Shown piece by piece: positions 20,234 to 29,498 of a stretch of 64,000 bases of DNA (position 1 is its first letter; the number at the start of each line of letters is the position of its first letter). Position numbers and translations under genes: made by a program. This DNA is from Candidatus Dormibacteria bacterium (GTDB lineage: Bacteria > Chloroflexota > Dormibacteria > DASZGP01). The notes under the pieces are model-generated. The model was not told the origin of the DNA. It worked only from the letters and a program-made list of their open reading frames with translations, and searched no databases. The stretch lies in assembly GCA_050998755.1 (NCBI GenBank), contig JBPCPW010000085.1, positions 19,672 through 83,671 of the forward strand, written 5' to 3'.

Positions 20234-21460
20234 CTACTTCTTGCCCGCGGCGCCCCCGACGCCGAGGAAGGTGGCCAGGCCGGCGACCGCTTTGCCCACG
20301 CCCGAGCTCGCGACCTTGGCATAGGGCTCGTGCTTTTCGACGAAGCCTTCCATGAACTTCTTGTCGTCGGGGATGGTCGCGGCGACGGCCACGGGCATGG
20401 GCACCTCCAGCTTCTTCTTGCTGCTGCGGTTGACCACCAGGAAGCAGCGGTCCTGCACCCGCAGGTCGCGGGCCTCGATCATCGGCCCCAGCACCAGGTT
20501 GAGCATCCGTGCCACCTTGATCTGGCTGGGGATGTCATCGGGGGTGACGACCAGGATGCGGTCGGACTGGAACAGCGCCGGGGCGGTGAACATGTCGACG
20601 GTGTTGGGCAGGTCGAGCACCACCACGTCGAAGTTGTTGGCCAGGATCTGGACCAGGGCTTCCATGTGAGTGGAAGGGTCGGCGTAGTCGTCGATGGCTG
20701 CTGGGTCGTCAAGGGCGCAGAGGATGTACAGGTTGTCCTTGCGGTAGCACTTGTTGAGCAGGATCTCCTCTGAGATCACCGCGCCGGCCTCCGCCGGGAC
20801 CCGTTCCATCTTGCCCTCGGCACGCACCAGGATCTCATCAACCAGCGGTTTCAGGCCGAGGACGCTGGACCGCTTCATCTCGGTGACGTCGAAGAAGTAG
20901 GACTGGCTGCCGTTCTGCAGGTCGAGGTCGACCAGGAGAACCCGAAGTGAGGCATCCTGGGCGATCTTCGAGGCCAGCGCGGCCGCCAGCAGGCTGGTGC
21001 CGGACCCACCGCGAGGGCTGTAGCAGGCAAACACCTGGCCCTTGCCACCGGACTTCCGCGGCTGCACCGCGTCGAGCTGGCCGGGGGCGGACAGCACGGG
21101 CATGCTGGGCATCGAGGATTGGGCCGGCGGGGTCGGTGCGAGGGGCGTTTCCATCGGTGACGCCATGGGGCTACCCATAGGCCCGGGTGCGGGGAAGCCC
21201 CCGGTGCCGTCAGATGGCGCGTCTGGCATCGGACTCGGCTCAAAGGAGGGTGCCGGGAAGGCAGGCGCGTCCAGCACCGCCGGCCCGGCGCTCCCGGTGG
21301 GCTCGCCCACCAGGCGGTAGGGGAACCGGGCGCTGTGGGCCTGCGCCGACTCGAGGTTGAGGAAGGCCGCCATGACCTGGTTGCCGGCGGAGGCCTGCTC
21401 GCTCACGATGCGCGTGAGTCGGGCGCGGTTGGGTGAATAGGCGACGACCTTGTCGGTCAT
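20234..21460 (-). CDS. TadZ/CpaE-like ParA/MinD-fold protein with degenerate Walker A
   Basis: VFACYSPRGGSGTSLLAAALA...VLLVDLDLQNGS fits the CpaE/TadZ ATPase-like core. RGGSGTS replaces KGGxGK[ST]. An N-terminal domain of about 55 aa and a Pro-rich linker precede it. Confidence 0.7.
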   Translation of the reverse strand: MTDKVVAYSPNRARLTRIVSEQASAGNQVMAAFLNLESAQAHSARFPYRLVGEPTGSAGPAVLDAPAFPAPSFEPSPMPDAPSDGTGGFPAPGPMGSPMASPMETPLAPTPPAQSSMPSMPVLSAPGQLDAVQPRKSGGKGQVFACYSPRGGSGTSLLAAALASKIAQDASLRVLLVDLDLQNGSQSYFFDVTEMKRSSVLGLKPLVDEILVRAEGKMERVPAEAGAVISEEILLNKCYRKDNLYILCALDDPAAIDDYADPSTHMEALVQILANNFDVVVLDLPNTVDMFTAPALFQSDRILVVTPDDIPSQIKVARMLNLVLGPMIEARDLRVQDRCFLVVNRSSKKKLEVPMPVAVAATIPDDKKFMEGFVEKHEPYAKVASSGVGKAVAGLATFLGVGGAAGKK

Positions 21461-21482
21461 TTAGTTCCTCTCCTCTTCAGTC

Positions 21483-23255
21483 TTAGGGGCAGCGATACTG
21501 TACGCCCGCGGCGTTGGAATCGAGCGCGGTCGGCTTCAGAACCTTGAGGTGGGCGGCACCGCTGGTGCTGCCGTTGCCGGTGTAGGTGAACTGCAGCGCG
21601 ACGTCAAGCTCCTTCTGGCCGCTCTGCACGTTCTGGATGGTATCGGGGCCTGCCGCCGGCGTTCCGTCGGGCTGGATCCAGTGGTAGGTGATATCCCCGG
21701 AGCCTCCGTTGAGCAGGATCTTGCCGATGAATTTGTACTGGGCCTGGGGGCAATGGCCAACAGCGGGGTCGGCAGCGACCTGCACGCCGGTGACGACGAC
21801 CGCCGGGCCCGATGTCCGCACCACGAAGTACCAGAACGCGGCGGCGGCAAGCAGCGCGAGGATCAGCACGAGGACCAGGGCGCGCAACAGGCGCGCCGCG
21901 AACCCCCGGCCCTGTTTGGTTTTCGGCGGCGTGTAGACGGGCGCCTGGACCACCGGCATGGAGAATGCCGGTAGTGCTGGGAGCGGTGCCGCGGCCGGAT
22001 GCGCGGCCGGCGGGGGCACGAACGACGGCGCGCCCGTCGGCTGACCGGCGTGGATCGACTGGGGTGGTTGGATCACTGTCGAGTCACCCCCGACCGGGGC
22101 TCCGTGCACCATGGTCTCGTCACCCATCGGCTGGACCATTGTCGCGTCGGGAGCGGCGCCGATCGCCATGGTGTCGTCGGGCGAGGCGGACGGCCGGACC
22201 ATCGTCTCCTCGCTGCCCGCCATCAGGGCCGTCGTGTCGATTGGCGAGATAGTCCACTGCGGGGGATCCGGCGGCAGCGGGGTGGCGCCGGCGACCGAGG
22301 TGGCGGCAGGTAGTGGAGCAGTCGGTACGGTCTGGGTTGCCCCCGCTTCCTGCGCGACCGCCTGCGGCGAAGGGGGGGCAAGCGCGGCCGCGATCACCGA
22401 GAGGTCGGACTCTCCCGCCCACCCGGGCCAGGACTTCTGCGCGGCGTCGGCCAGCTTGACCCAGAAATCGCCCGCGCTCTTGGGCCTTTTCTTGGGGTCC
22501 TTGGCCAGGCCGGCGAGCAACACGTCCTCCACCTTGGATGGAAAGCCGGGGACCAACTGGCTGGGCCGCGGCGGCGGCGTGGAGATGTGGGCTTCGACGC
22601 TGGCCATGACGTTTCCAGGCACCGGCGGGAAGGGCAGCCTGCCCACCAGCATCTCGAAGCTCATGACCGCGAGGGAATACACATCGGCGCGCTGGTCGAT
22701 CTCCGCCGCGCCCGCGGCCTGCTCCGGGGACATGTACGACGGCGTGCCCAGGATGGTGCCCACCTGGGTCACAAAATTGCCCTGGCCCCCCATCATCTTG
22801 ACCAGCCCGAAGTCGCCGAGCTTGCACATGCCGGTGGTGGTCACGAAGATATTGCCGGGCTTCAGGTCACGGTGGAGGATGCCCTGCTTGGAGGCGTATT
22901 CCAGCGCCGCTGCCACTTCGCTGATAACCCGCAGGGACTGCCCGGTGGTCAGTTTGTTGCCCGTCATGACCGCCTTGAGTGAGGGGCCATGGACGTACTC
23001 CTGGACCATGTAGAGGTCGCTGCCGACGGCCTCCAGGTTGTAGATGCCGACCACGTTGGGGTGGTTCATCTTGGCCAGCGCGCGGGCCTCGCGACGGAAG
23101 CGCTCCAGGGCCTGGGGGTCGCCGTTCCACGCGCCGAGCACCTGCTTGATGGCGACAAAGCGGTTGAGGGCGGTCTGCCGGGCGAGGTACACCGAGCCCA
23201 TGGCGCCCTTGCCCACGGCCTGGATGAACTCGTACCCGGCGAGGTTGTTACTCAC
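21483..23255 (-). CDS. Transmembrane Ser/Thr protein kinase (Hanks type)
   Basis: Kinase motifs: GKGAMGSVY, VAIKQV, HRDLKPGNIFV, DFGLVK and TPSYMSPE. TM helix LVLVLILALLAAAAFWYFVV is followed by a roughly 110-aa ectodomain ending in RCP. Confidence 0.95.
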   Translation of the reverse strand: MSNNLAGYEFIQAVGKGAMGSVYLARQTALNRFVAIKQVLGAWNGDPQALERFRREARALAKMNHPNVVGIYNLEAVGSDLYMVQEYVHGPSLKAVMTGNKLTTGQSLRVISEVAAALEYASKQGILHRDLKPGNIFVTTTGMCKLGDFGLVKMMGGQGNFVTQVGTILGTPSYMSPEQAAGAAEIDQRADVYSLAVMSFEMLVGRLPFPPVPGNVMASVEAHISTPPPRPSQLVPGFPSKVEDVLLAGLAKDPKKRPKSAGDFWVKLADAAQKSWPGWAGESDLSVIAAALAPPSPQAVAQEAGATQTVPTAPLPAATSVAGATPLPPDPPQWTISPIDTTALMAGSEETMVRPSASPDDTMAIGAAPDATMVQPMGDETMVHGAPVGGDSTVIQPPQSIHAGQPTGAPSFVPPPAAHPAAAPLPALPAFSMPVVQAPVYTPPKTKQGRGFAARLLRALVLVLILALLAAAAFWYFVVRTSGPAVVVTGVQVAADPAVGHCPQAQYKFIGKILLNGGSGDITYHWIQPDGTPAAGPDTIQNVQSGQKELDVALQFTYTGNGSTSGAAHLKVLKPTALDSNAAGVQYRCP

Positions 23256-23292
23256 GGTTCAGAAGTATGGGGCCGCCCGCGAAGTTGCTTTC

Positions 23293-24993
23293 TCAGCAGA
23301 CCCACTGGACGGGCGTTAGCGCCATCGTGTGTTGCGTGGTGTCCGTCCAGTCGAGCGTGAAGAAGATCGTGCCGAGCGCCTGGTAATTGAAATTGGCGGT
23401 CGTGACCGGGCTGAACTGCGTCGGTCCGTTGCCGGGCGCCCCAGCGTAGCTTCGGCCGGGCGGCTGCACGTAGTACTGATAGGAGGCGGGAGACGGGACG
23501 ATTTTCTGGGGGGTCGGCCTTTGCTGGGTCACTGTCCACTGGACATGGACCAAGACTGGATTGCTTCCGGAAACGTAGGCATACCGGAACGTTTCCTGCG
23601 CAACGAAATAGCTACCGGGGAAGCATGTGCCCCCGTTGGCTGCCGACCCCGGTGTATATGGTCTGCAGGTAGGGGTGGCTCCCGGGACGCAGAACTGCAT
23701 GGCTATGCCAAGGGTAGAGACATTCATGTTGGTCGGCGGGGGCGGGGGCGGCGGGTTGGTCTGTGTAGGAGTCGGCTGCACCGTCCGGGTCGGGCTTGGG
23801 GACGGCGTCGGTGCCGCTGATGGCGACGGCGACGGCGACGGGGATGGCGAAGGCGAGGGGCTGGCGTCAGGCGTCGGCGACGGGGTGTCGGTTGGGCTGG
23901 GGGTTGGCGCCGACGACGGGCTCGGTGTTGCCACCACGACGGCAACACCGCCCTTGTTGTTCCCCCCGAACAGCCCGCTGGCGAAGCCGAACACGATGAA
24001 CCCGAGGAGGGCGATGCCCGCTATCCCACCGGCGATCAGCCATTTGCTGACGCCGCCCACCGCGGCCTCTCCAACCGCCCCCGTTGCCGCTGCGGCGCTG
24101 GCGGCGCCGACCAGCAGCAGGCCGAGGGCGGCCATCGTCGCCTCGACCAGGCGCTTGATCGAGGAGCGCTTCTCCCAGTCCGCGCCGTAGCCCGCGACCG
24201 CGGCGGCCTCCAGCTCGTCGAGGAACTGCTCGGCGGTGCGTTGGCGATCCCCGGGGTTCTTGGCCATCGCCCGGCTCACCAGGCCGCTGACCTCGGGTGG
24301 CAGGTCGCTGTTCAACGATCGCGGGTCCGGAACGGGGTCGTTGAGCTGCTTGCGCATCACCGCCAGCGGGTTGTCCCCGGTGTAGGGCGCCCGGCCGGTG
24401 AAGAACTCGAAGAGCACCGCCCCCAGCGCGTAGATGTCCGTACGCAGGTCGACCAGCCCCCCGGAGATCATCTCCGGGCTCATGTACGCCGGGCTGCCGG
24501 CGGGCATGCCTCCGGCCGCCCCGGGACCGCTCGCCACCAGGGCCTGCCCGAAGTCCGCCAGCTTGCTCACGCCCTGGGTGTCGGCCAGCATGTTCTCGGG
24601 CTTGATGTCGCGATGGATGAGCCCCTTGCCGTGGGCGTATGCCAGGCCGCTCAGCGCCCCCTTGAGAACGCCCAGCGATTGCTCGGGGCTGAGGTGACCG
24701 GCGTGATCCAGCACCTGGCGCAGCGATGCCCCACGAACGTACTCGCTGACCAGCACGGCGCGCCCGCCCTCCTCGAAGAAGTCCCAGACCTTGACACAGT
24801 TGGGATCGTCCAGCGACGCCATGATCCGGGCCTCGGCCCGGAAGCGCTCGATGAAGGTGGGGTCCAGGGCCAGCGCCGGCGCCAGCTCCTTGAGCGCCAC
24901 CTCGCGATCCAGCGCGATCTCTCGCGCCAGGTAAACGGTCCCCGTGGCCCCCGTCCCCAGGGTGCCGAGAACCTCGTAGTTTTCAGCCTTCAA
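23293..24993 (-). CDS. Transmembrane Ser/Thr protein kinase (Hanks type), paralogue of 18303-20174
   Basis: Kinase motifs: [32 protein letters not shown] and [11 protein letters not shown] start overlaps the GNAT stop (TTGA). A TM helix, a (Ser-Pro)n linker and an ectodomain ending in WVC follow. Confidence 0.95.
   Translation of the reverse strand: MKAENYEVLGTLGTGATGTVYLAREIALDREVALKELAPALALDPTFIERFRAEARIMASLDDPNCVKVWDFFEEGGRAVLVSEYVRGASLRQVLDHAGHLSPEQSLGVLKGALSGLAYAHGKGLIHRDIKPENMLADTQGVSKLADFGQALVASGPGAAGGMPAGSPAYMSPEMISGGLVDLRTDIYALGAVLFEFFTGRAPYTGDNPLAVMRKQLNDPVPDPRSLNSDLPPEVSGLVSRAMAKNPGDRQRTAEQFLDELEAAAVAGYGADWEKRSSIKRLVEATMAALGLLLVGAASAAAATGAVGEAAVGGVSKWLIAGGIAGIALLGFIVFGFASGLFGGNNKGGVAVVVATPSPSSAPTPSPTDTPSPTPDASPSPSPSPSPSPSPSAAPTPSPSPTRTVQPTPTQTNPPPPPPPTNMNVSTLGIAMQFCVPGATPTCRPYTPGSAANGGTCFPGSYFVAQETFRYAYVSGSNPVLVHVQWTVTQQRPTPQKIVPSPASYQYYVQPPGRSYAGAPGNGPTQFSPVTTANFNYQALGTIFFTLDWTDTTQHTMALTPVQWVC
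23818..23860. repeat. In-frame hexanucleotide repeat GGCGA(C/A/T) encoding (Ser-Pro)n linker on the minus strand
   Basis: tgatggcgacggcgacggcgacggggatggcgaaggcgagggg. The protein reads [15 protein letters not shown]. Confidence 0.85.
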
Positions 24994-25499
24994 TCGCGGA
25001 GGTCTGAGGAGGTGCGCTTCATCATCAGGATCCCGGTGGTCCGGAAGCCGTGGCGCTCCTGGTAGAAGCGGATGGCGTCAAGGTTGGCGACATGCGTCTG
25101 CATCGTCATCACGGCTGCACCGTGCTGAGCCGCCCAGGCCTCGGCCGCGGCCACCAACCGCGAGCCGACGCCATGTCCGCGGTGTTGCGGCAGCACCGCG
25201 ATGTCGATCTCCACCGAAACCGCGTCACGCATCATGCGCGGCTGCCCGGTGGCCGGCCGCAATTGCATGTCGATCCAGCCCACGACCTCACCGTCCATCT
25301 CCGCGACCAGGATCTCCTCGTCGTCCGGGAGCGGCAGGCGCCGGCTGTAGCGTTCCTTCATAGCCCGGTAATCGGGGGTCGAATAGAGGCTGGGGTCGAG
25401 GCGTATGTGGTGTTCGGCACTGGCCTGGTAGATGTCCGCCAGGGCACCGACGTCGTCGGGGGTCGCTGCGCGGATCGTGACGTCTGCGGTTCGTTCCAT
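24990..25499 (-). CDS. GNAT family N-acetyltransferase
   Basis: [24 protein letters not shown] is the acetyl-CoA binding motif A. Confidence 0.9.
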   Translation of the reverse strand: MERTADVTIRAATPDDVGALADIYQASAEHHIRLDPSLYSTPDYRAMKERYSRRLPLPDDEEILVAEMDGEVVGWIDMQLRPATGQPRMMRDAVSVEIDIAVLPQHRGHGVGSRLVAAAEAWAAQHGAAVMTMQTHVANLDAIRFYQERHGFRTTGILMMKRTSSDLRD

Positions 25500-25541
25500 T
25501 TCTCGTCAGGATAGATCCTGCAACGACCACGGAGGACCCCA

Positions 25542-26717
25542 ATGCCTGTCAGCCGCCGCACCAAGCGCGTCCTGGAGACCCTGAGCCCCTTCCTCGAGGG
25601 CATGATCGGCCAGGACCGCAGCCACCCCAACCCCTGCGACTTCATGGCGGGCAATCCCCAGGAGATTGCCGGGCGCGAGTACGTGGAGACCCTGCAGAAG
25701 TGGCTCGAGCCCAAGAACCCGCAGTGGTTTGGTTACGGCACCCCGACCCAACCCGCCCAGGAGGCCGCCGCCGAAGGCCTGACGGCGGAGTTGGGCATCA
25801 ATTTCGAGCCTGCCGACATCCTGCTGTGCCGGGGCGCCCACGCCGGCCTCGCCGGGATCCTCAACCTGGTGGTCGACCCCGGCGACGAGGTCATCTACAT
25901 ATCTCCGCCGTGGTTCTTCTACGAGGCCATGATCCTCAGCGTCGGCGCCGAGCCGGTCAAGGTCTACGTCAAGCGTGATGGGTGGGACCTCGACGTGCCG
26001 GCGATCGAGGCGGCGATCACTCCCAGGACGGCCGCGGTGCTGATCAACACGCCCAACAACCCGACCGGCAAGGTCTACCCGCCGGCAACGCTGGCGGCCC
26101 TGGCCGAGGTCCTCACCCGCAAGAGCGCCGAGCGGGGGCGGCCGATCTACATCGTCTCGGACGAGGCCTACAGCCGGATCCTGTTCCCGGGAACGGAGAT
26201 GTTCACGCCGGCGAGCCATTACCCCAACAGCCTGCTGGTTCATACCTACAGCAAGACCGCCCTGGCCCCCGGACAGCGGCTGGGGTACGTCGCGCTGCCG
26301 CCTGACATGCCGGATCGCGACGAACTGCGGATGTCGTGGTTCGCGTCGTCGCTGGGCAGCAGCAATACCCTGCCCGACGCGGTGATGGTGTATTCGCTGC
26401 CCGAGATCGACCACATGTCGATCGACCTCCCGGCGCTCGCCCGCCGGCGCGATTCGATGGTCTCGGCGTTGCAGGAGATGGGCTATGAGTTGCACTCACC
26501 CGAGGCCACCTTCTACGTGATGCCCAAGGTGCCGGGTGGCGACGAGGGCGGTTTCGTCAAGCGGCTGGCCAGGGACGGGGTGCTGGTGTTGCCGGGGCGG
26601 GCCTGCGACCTGCCCGGCTACTTCCGTATTTCGCTGACCGCCACCGACGACATGGTCCAGCGCTCGCTGCCGGTCTTCGAAGCCGCGATCAAGGAGCTCC
26701 AGCCACTCGCCAGCTGA
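25542..26717 (+). CDS. PLP-dependent aminotransferase, class I/II
   Basis: INTPNNPTGKVY, DEAYSRI and the lysine motif YSKTALAPGQRLGY. Confidence 0.9.
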   Translation: MPVSRRTKRVLETLSPFLEGMIGQDRSHPNPCDFMAGNPQEIAGREYVETLQKWLEPKNPQWFGYGTPTQPAQEAAAEGLTAELGINFEPADILLCRGAHAGLAGILNLVVDPGDEVIYISPPWFFYEAMILSVGAEPVKVYVKRDGWDLDVPAIEAAITPRTAAVLINTPNNPTGKVYPPATLAALAEVLTRKSAERGRPIYIVSDEAYSRILFPGTEMFTPASHYPNSLLVHTYSKTALAPGQRLGYVALPPDMPDRDELRMSWFASSLGSSNTLPDAVMVYSLPEIDHMSIDLPALARRRDSMVSALQEMGYELHSPEATFYVMPKVPGGDEGGFVKRLARDGVLVLPGRACDLPGYFRISLTATDDMVQRSLPVFEAAIKELQPLAS

Positions 26718-26745
26718 CCACCCCGCGGCTTATGATGCGGCCGAG

Positions 26746-28389
26746 GTGGAGGGACAGATCGGCAAATACCAGGTCCGAGGAACGCTGGGCAGCGGCGCCT
26801 ACGGGACCGTCTACCTGGGATGGCAGGCCGACCTCCAGCGACCGGTGGCCATCAAGGAGCTGGGCCAGGCGATGGTGGCCGACCCCGCGTTCCTCGAGGC
26901 CTTCCGCGAGGAGGCCCGGATCATGGCGCTCCTCGACCACCCCAACTGCGTCCGGGTCTTCGACTTCATCGAGACCGGGACCCAGGCGTTCCTGGTCTCC
27001 GAGTTCGTCGATGGCGCCTCCCTGCGGGCGGTGGTGCTGTCATCCGGCTCGCTGGCGCCGCAACAATCACTGGGGGTGCTGAAGGGCTCGCTCAAGGGGC
27101 TCGGTCACGCCCACCAGCTTGGGCTGGTCCACCGCGACATCAAGCCCGAGAACATCCTGGCCGATCGAGAGGGCACCTCCAAGCTGGCTGACTTCGGCCA
27201 GTCGTACTTCGGCGGCGGCCCGGGCGCGGCGGGATCGCTGACCGGCTCACCACCTTACATGAGCCCAGAGCAGGCGCAGGGGGCACCTTGTGACGCCCGC
27301 AGCGACCTCTACTCCGCCGGGGCAATCCTCTTCGAGTTCCTCACCGGCCGCCCGCCGTTCGTGGCCGACAACCCCATGGCGATCATGCGGATGCACGTCA
27401 GCGAGCAGCCGCCCGACCCGCGGAAGTTGAATAAGAAACTGCCCAAGCAGGCCACCGCGATGATGGCGCGGGCCCTGGCCAAGGACCCCGGCAAGCGCTT
27501 CCAATCGGCAGACGAGATGCTGGCGTCGCTGGAGGACACCGCCCGCCACGGGTACGGCAAGAACTGGGAGGAATCGGCAGCGATCAAGGGGCTGGTGGCG
27601 ACCGCGGCAGCCGGCGCGGCAATGGCGGTCGGGGCGGCTGGAGTGGCCGCGGCCGGGGCCGGTGCGGCGGGCGCGTCGGGTACGGTCGCCGTGGGTAGCG
27701 CCACGGTGGGGGCGAGCGGAACGGCCGCAGCGGGCACGACCGCCGGGATTTCGGGCACAACGATTGCCGCCGGCGCCGGGGTCGCGGCGGTTGCAGGTGC
27801 CGCCGCGGTGGCCTTCGTGGTGGTCACCAACGCGCTCTTCGGCCACAACCTGGTGGTCAACGGCAACGCCGAGCAGGGCAGTGGCGCCGTCGACGCCTCG
27901 CAGGTGGTCAAGCCGGAGCATTGGACCGCGACCGGTCCCTTCACGGTGCTCAAGTACGGCTCACCCGAGTTCCCTTCGGCGACCGATTCCGGGCCCCCTG
28001 ACCGTGGCGACTACCTCTTTGCCGGCGGTCCAAACAACTCGAGGTCCAGCGCCACCCAGACCATCGACCTCTCGGGCGGGTCAGGGGGCATCGATGGCGG
28101 CGGTAAGCGGTTCAACCTGAGCGGGTATCTCGGCGGCTTTGGCGGGCAGAATGACGCGGCGACGATCTCCGTCAGGTTCCAGGATGCCGCCGGCCGCGAT
28201 ATCGGAGACGCGCACATCGGCCCCGTCACCGACCTCACCCGCAAGGGCAAAACCGGCCTGGTCAAATCCCAGACCAGTGGGGCGGTGCCCAAGGGAGCGC
28301 GCAAGGCGGTGATCACCATCGTCATGAACCGCACCGACGGCGTGTACAACGACGGCTACGCCGACGATATCTCGCTCGTAATCAGCTGA
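26746..28389 (+). CDS. Transmembrane Ser/Thr protein kinase with galactose-binding-like (jelly-roll) extracellular domain
   Basis: Kinase motifs: [32 protein letters not shown] and SPPYMSPE. An Ala/Gly-rich TM region precedes the C-terminal NGNAEQG...ATQTIDL...NLSGYLGG...YADDISLVI. Start is GTG. Confidence 0.92.
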   Translation: MEGQIGKYQVRGTLGSGAYGTVYLGWQADLQRPVAIKELGQAMVADPAFLEAFREEARIMALLDHPNCVRVFDFIETGTQAFLVSEFVDGASLRAVVLSSGSLAPQQSLGVLKGSLKGLGHAHQLGLVHRDIKPENILADREGTSKLADFGQSYFGGGPGAAGSLTGSPPYMSPEQAQGAPCDARSDLYSAGAILFEFLTGRPPFVADNPMAIMRMHVSEQPPDPRKLNKKLPKQATAMMARALAKDPGKRFQSADEMLASLEDTARHGYGKNWEESAAIKGLVATAAAGAAMAVGAAGVAAAGAGAAGASGTVAVGSATVGASGTAAAGTTAGISGTTIAAGAGVAAVAGAAAVAFVVVTNALFGHNLVVNGNAEQGSGAVDASQVVKPEHWTATGPFTVLKYGSPEFPSATDSGPPDRGDYLFAGGPNNSRSSATQTIDLSGGSGGIDGGGKRFNLSGYLGGFGGQNDAATISVRFQDAAGRDIGDAHIGPVTDLTRKGKTGLVKSQTSGAVPKGARKAVITIVMNRTDGVYNDGYADDISLVIS

Positions 28390-28421
28390 GGCGCGGCCGC
28401 CCTGCGGCGACCGCGGAGGCC

Positions 28422-29453
28422 TCAGTGCCCGGAGGGTGTTGGCTGCGGGTTGTCCGAGGGCGAGAGCGAGCCGGGTACCGAGGGCGTGGCACCCGGCGCC
28501 GCGGACTGCCCCAGCGTGATGTTGAAGGGCAGGTCCGCCTGCTCCTCGGCGGAGTTGGCGCCGTATTTGCCCTTGACGATGAAGTCGTAGGCCCCATCGG
28601 CCGTTTTGAACACGAAATCGACAAAGTCATCGGGGGCGGTTGTGCCCTTCGGACCAATGGAACAGCAGCTGCCGCTGGTCGCGACGATGGCGGTTCCGTC
28701 GGGCAGCTTGAGGTCGGCATTGTCGCTGCTGAAGCAGCAGGTGTTGTCCTTGTTGGAGGTCAGCGAGAAATTGAGACGGAGGCTAACGTCGCCGGCCTTC
28801 GTCTCCTGGTGTTGCTTGGGGTTGTCGTAGCTCAGGTCCCCGCCGGACACCGCCAGTGAAAAGGCGTCGGGCAGGGTGATGGTGCCGTTGGCGGCTACTC
28901 TCTGGGGTGCCAGCGCGACCAATTTGCCAGCGCTACCCAATGGCACCGACGCCTGGTTGAAGTTGGCATTGCCCACCATCAGCACCGCGTTCTTGAAGCT
29001 GAACTGCTCGTCGACCTTGAAGGAGATCATTCCCGAGCTGCTCGCAAGCCCCGGCACGTCGGGGATTTTCTCGGTCGCCGAGTCATGGTCGAGGTAGCTC
29101 TGGGTGCCCGACTGCAGTACCAGGTCTTCGTTGTACGGCGTGAAGTTGTCGGGACCAAGGTTGCTCCAGGTCGCCTCGATGGTGACCTTCTCGGGAGCAG
29201 TGACGAACGTCGGCGGAGTCGGGGTGATCGCCTTGATGATCGTGGCCTGGCCCAGGGCGACCTTGAATCCTCCCCACCAGAAGGTCTTTCCCACGGTGAT
29301 GCTGCCGGCGGATCCCGGGCCGCCGCCTGACGAGGCGCTGGGCGTGACGGTGCTGCCGCCCGATTGGGTCTTGGGCTGGGCCGCTGTCCCGCCGCACGCG
29401 GCGATGAACAGTAGGGCGACGGTGGCGACGGCGGCGCGGGTGTGCATTCTCAT
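28422..29453 (-). CDS. Putative lipoprotein, two beta-rich domains
   Basis: Signal plus lipobox: VATVALLFIAACGG. No enzymatic motif recognised. Confidence 0.65.
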   Translation of the reverse strand: MRMHTRAAVATVALLFIAACGGTAAQPKTQSGGSTVTPSASSGGGPGSAGSITVGKTFWWGGFKVALGQATIIKAITPTPPTFVTAPEKVTIEATWSNLGPDNFTPYNEDLVLQSGTQSYLDHDSATEKIPDVPGLASSSGMISFKVDEQFSFKNAVLMVGNANFNQASVPLGSAGKLVALAPQRVAANGTITLPDAFSLAVSGGDLSYDNPKQHQETKAGDVSLRLNFSLTSNKDNTCCFSSDNADLKLPDGTAIVATSGSCCSIGPKGTTAPDDFVDFVFKTADGAYDFIVKGKYGANSAEEQADLPFNITLGQSAAPGATPSVPGSLSPSDNPQPTPSGH

Positions 29454-29498
29454 CCTCCGGTTGGTAGATCGGCCGCCAGTGTACGACCATCTGACTAT

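Noticed and set aside
18303-24993. Reading the kinase cluster as an anti-phage Stk2-type or other defence system
   Set aside because: All three kinases are membrane proteins with ectodomains, typical of environmental sensors. They are interleaved with pilus genes. No nuclease, NTPase, methylase or other defence-associated partner is present.
25506-26495. 329-aa minus-strand ORF
   Set aside because: It is antisense to the PLP aminotransferase, which has NPTG and SKT lysine motifs.
28386-28425. Possible terminator hairpin between the kinase gene and the convergent lipoprotein gene (CTGAGGC...GCCTCAG)
   Set aside because: Only the outer 7 bp pair cleanly and the inner arms are imperfect. There is no U-tract. 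It is too weak to list as a feature.
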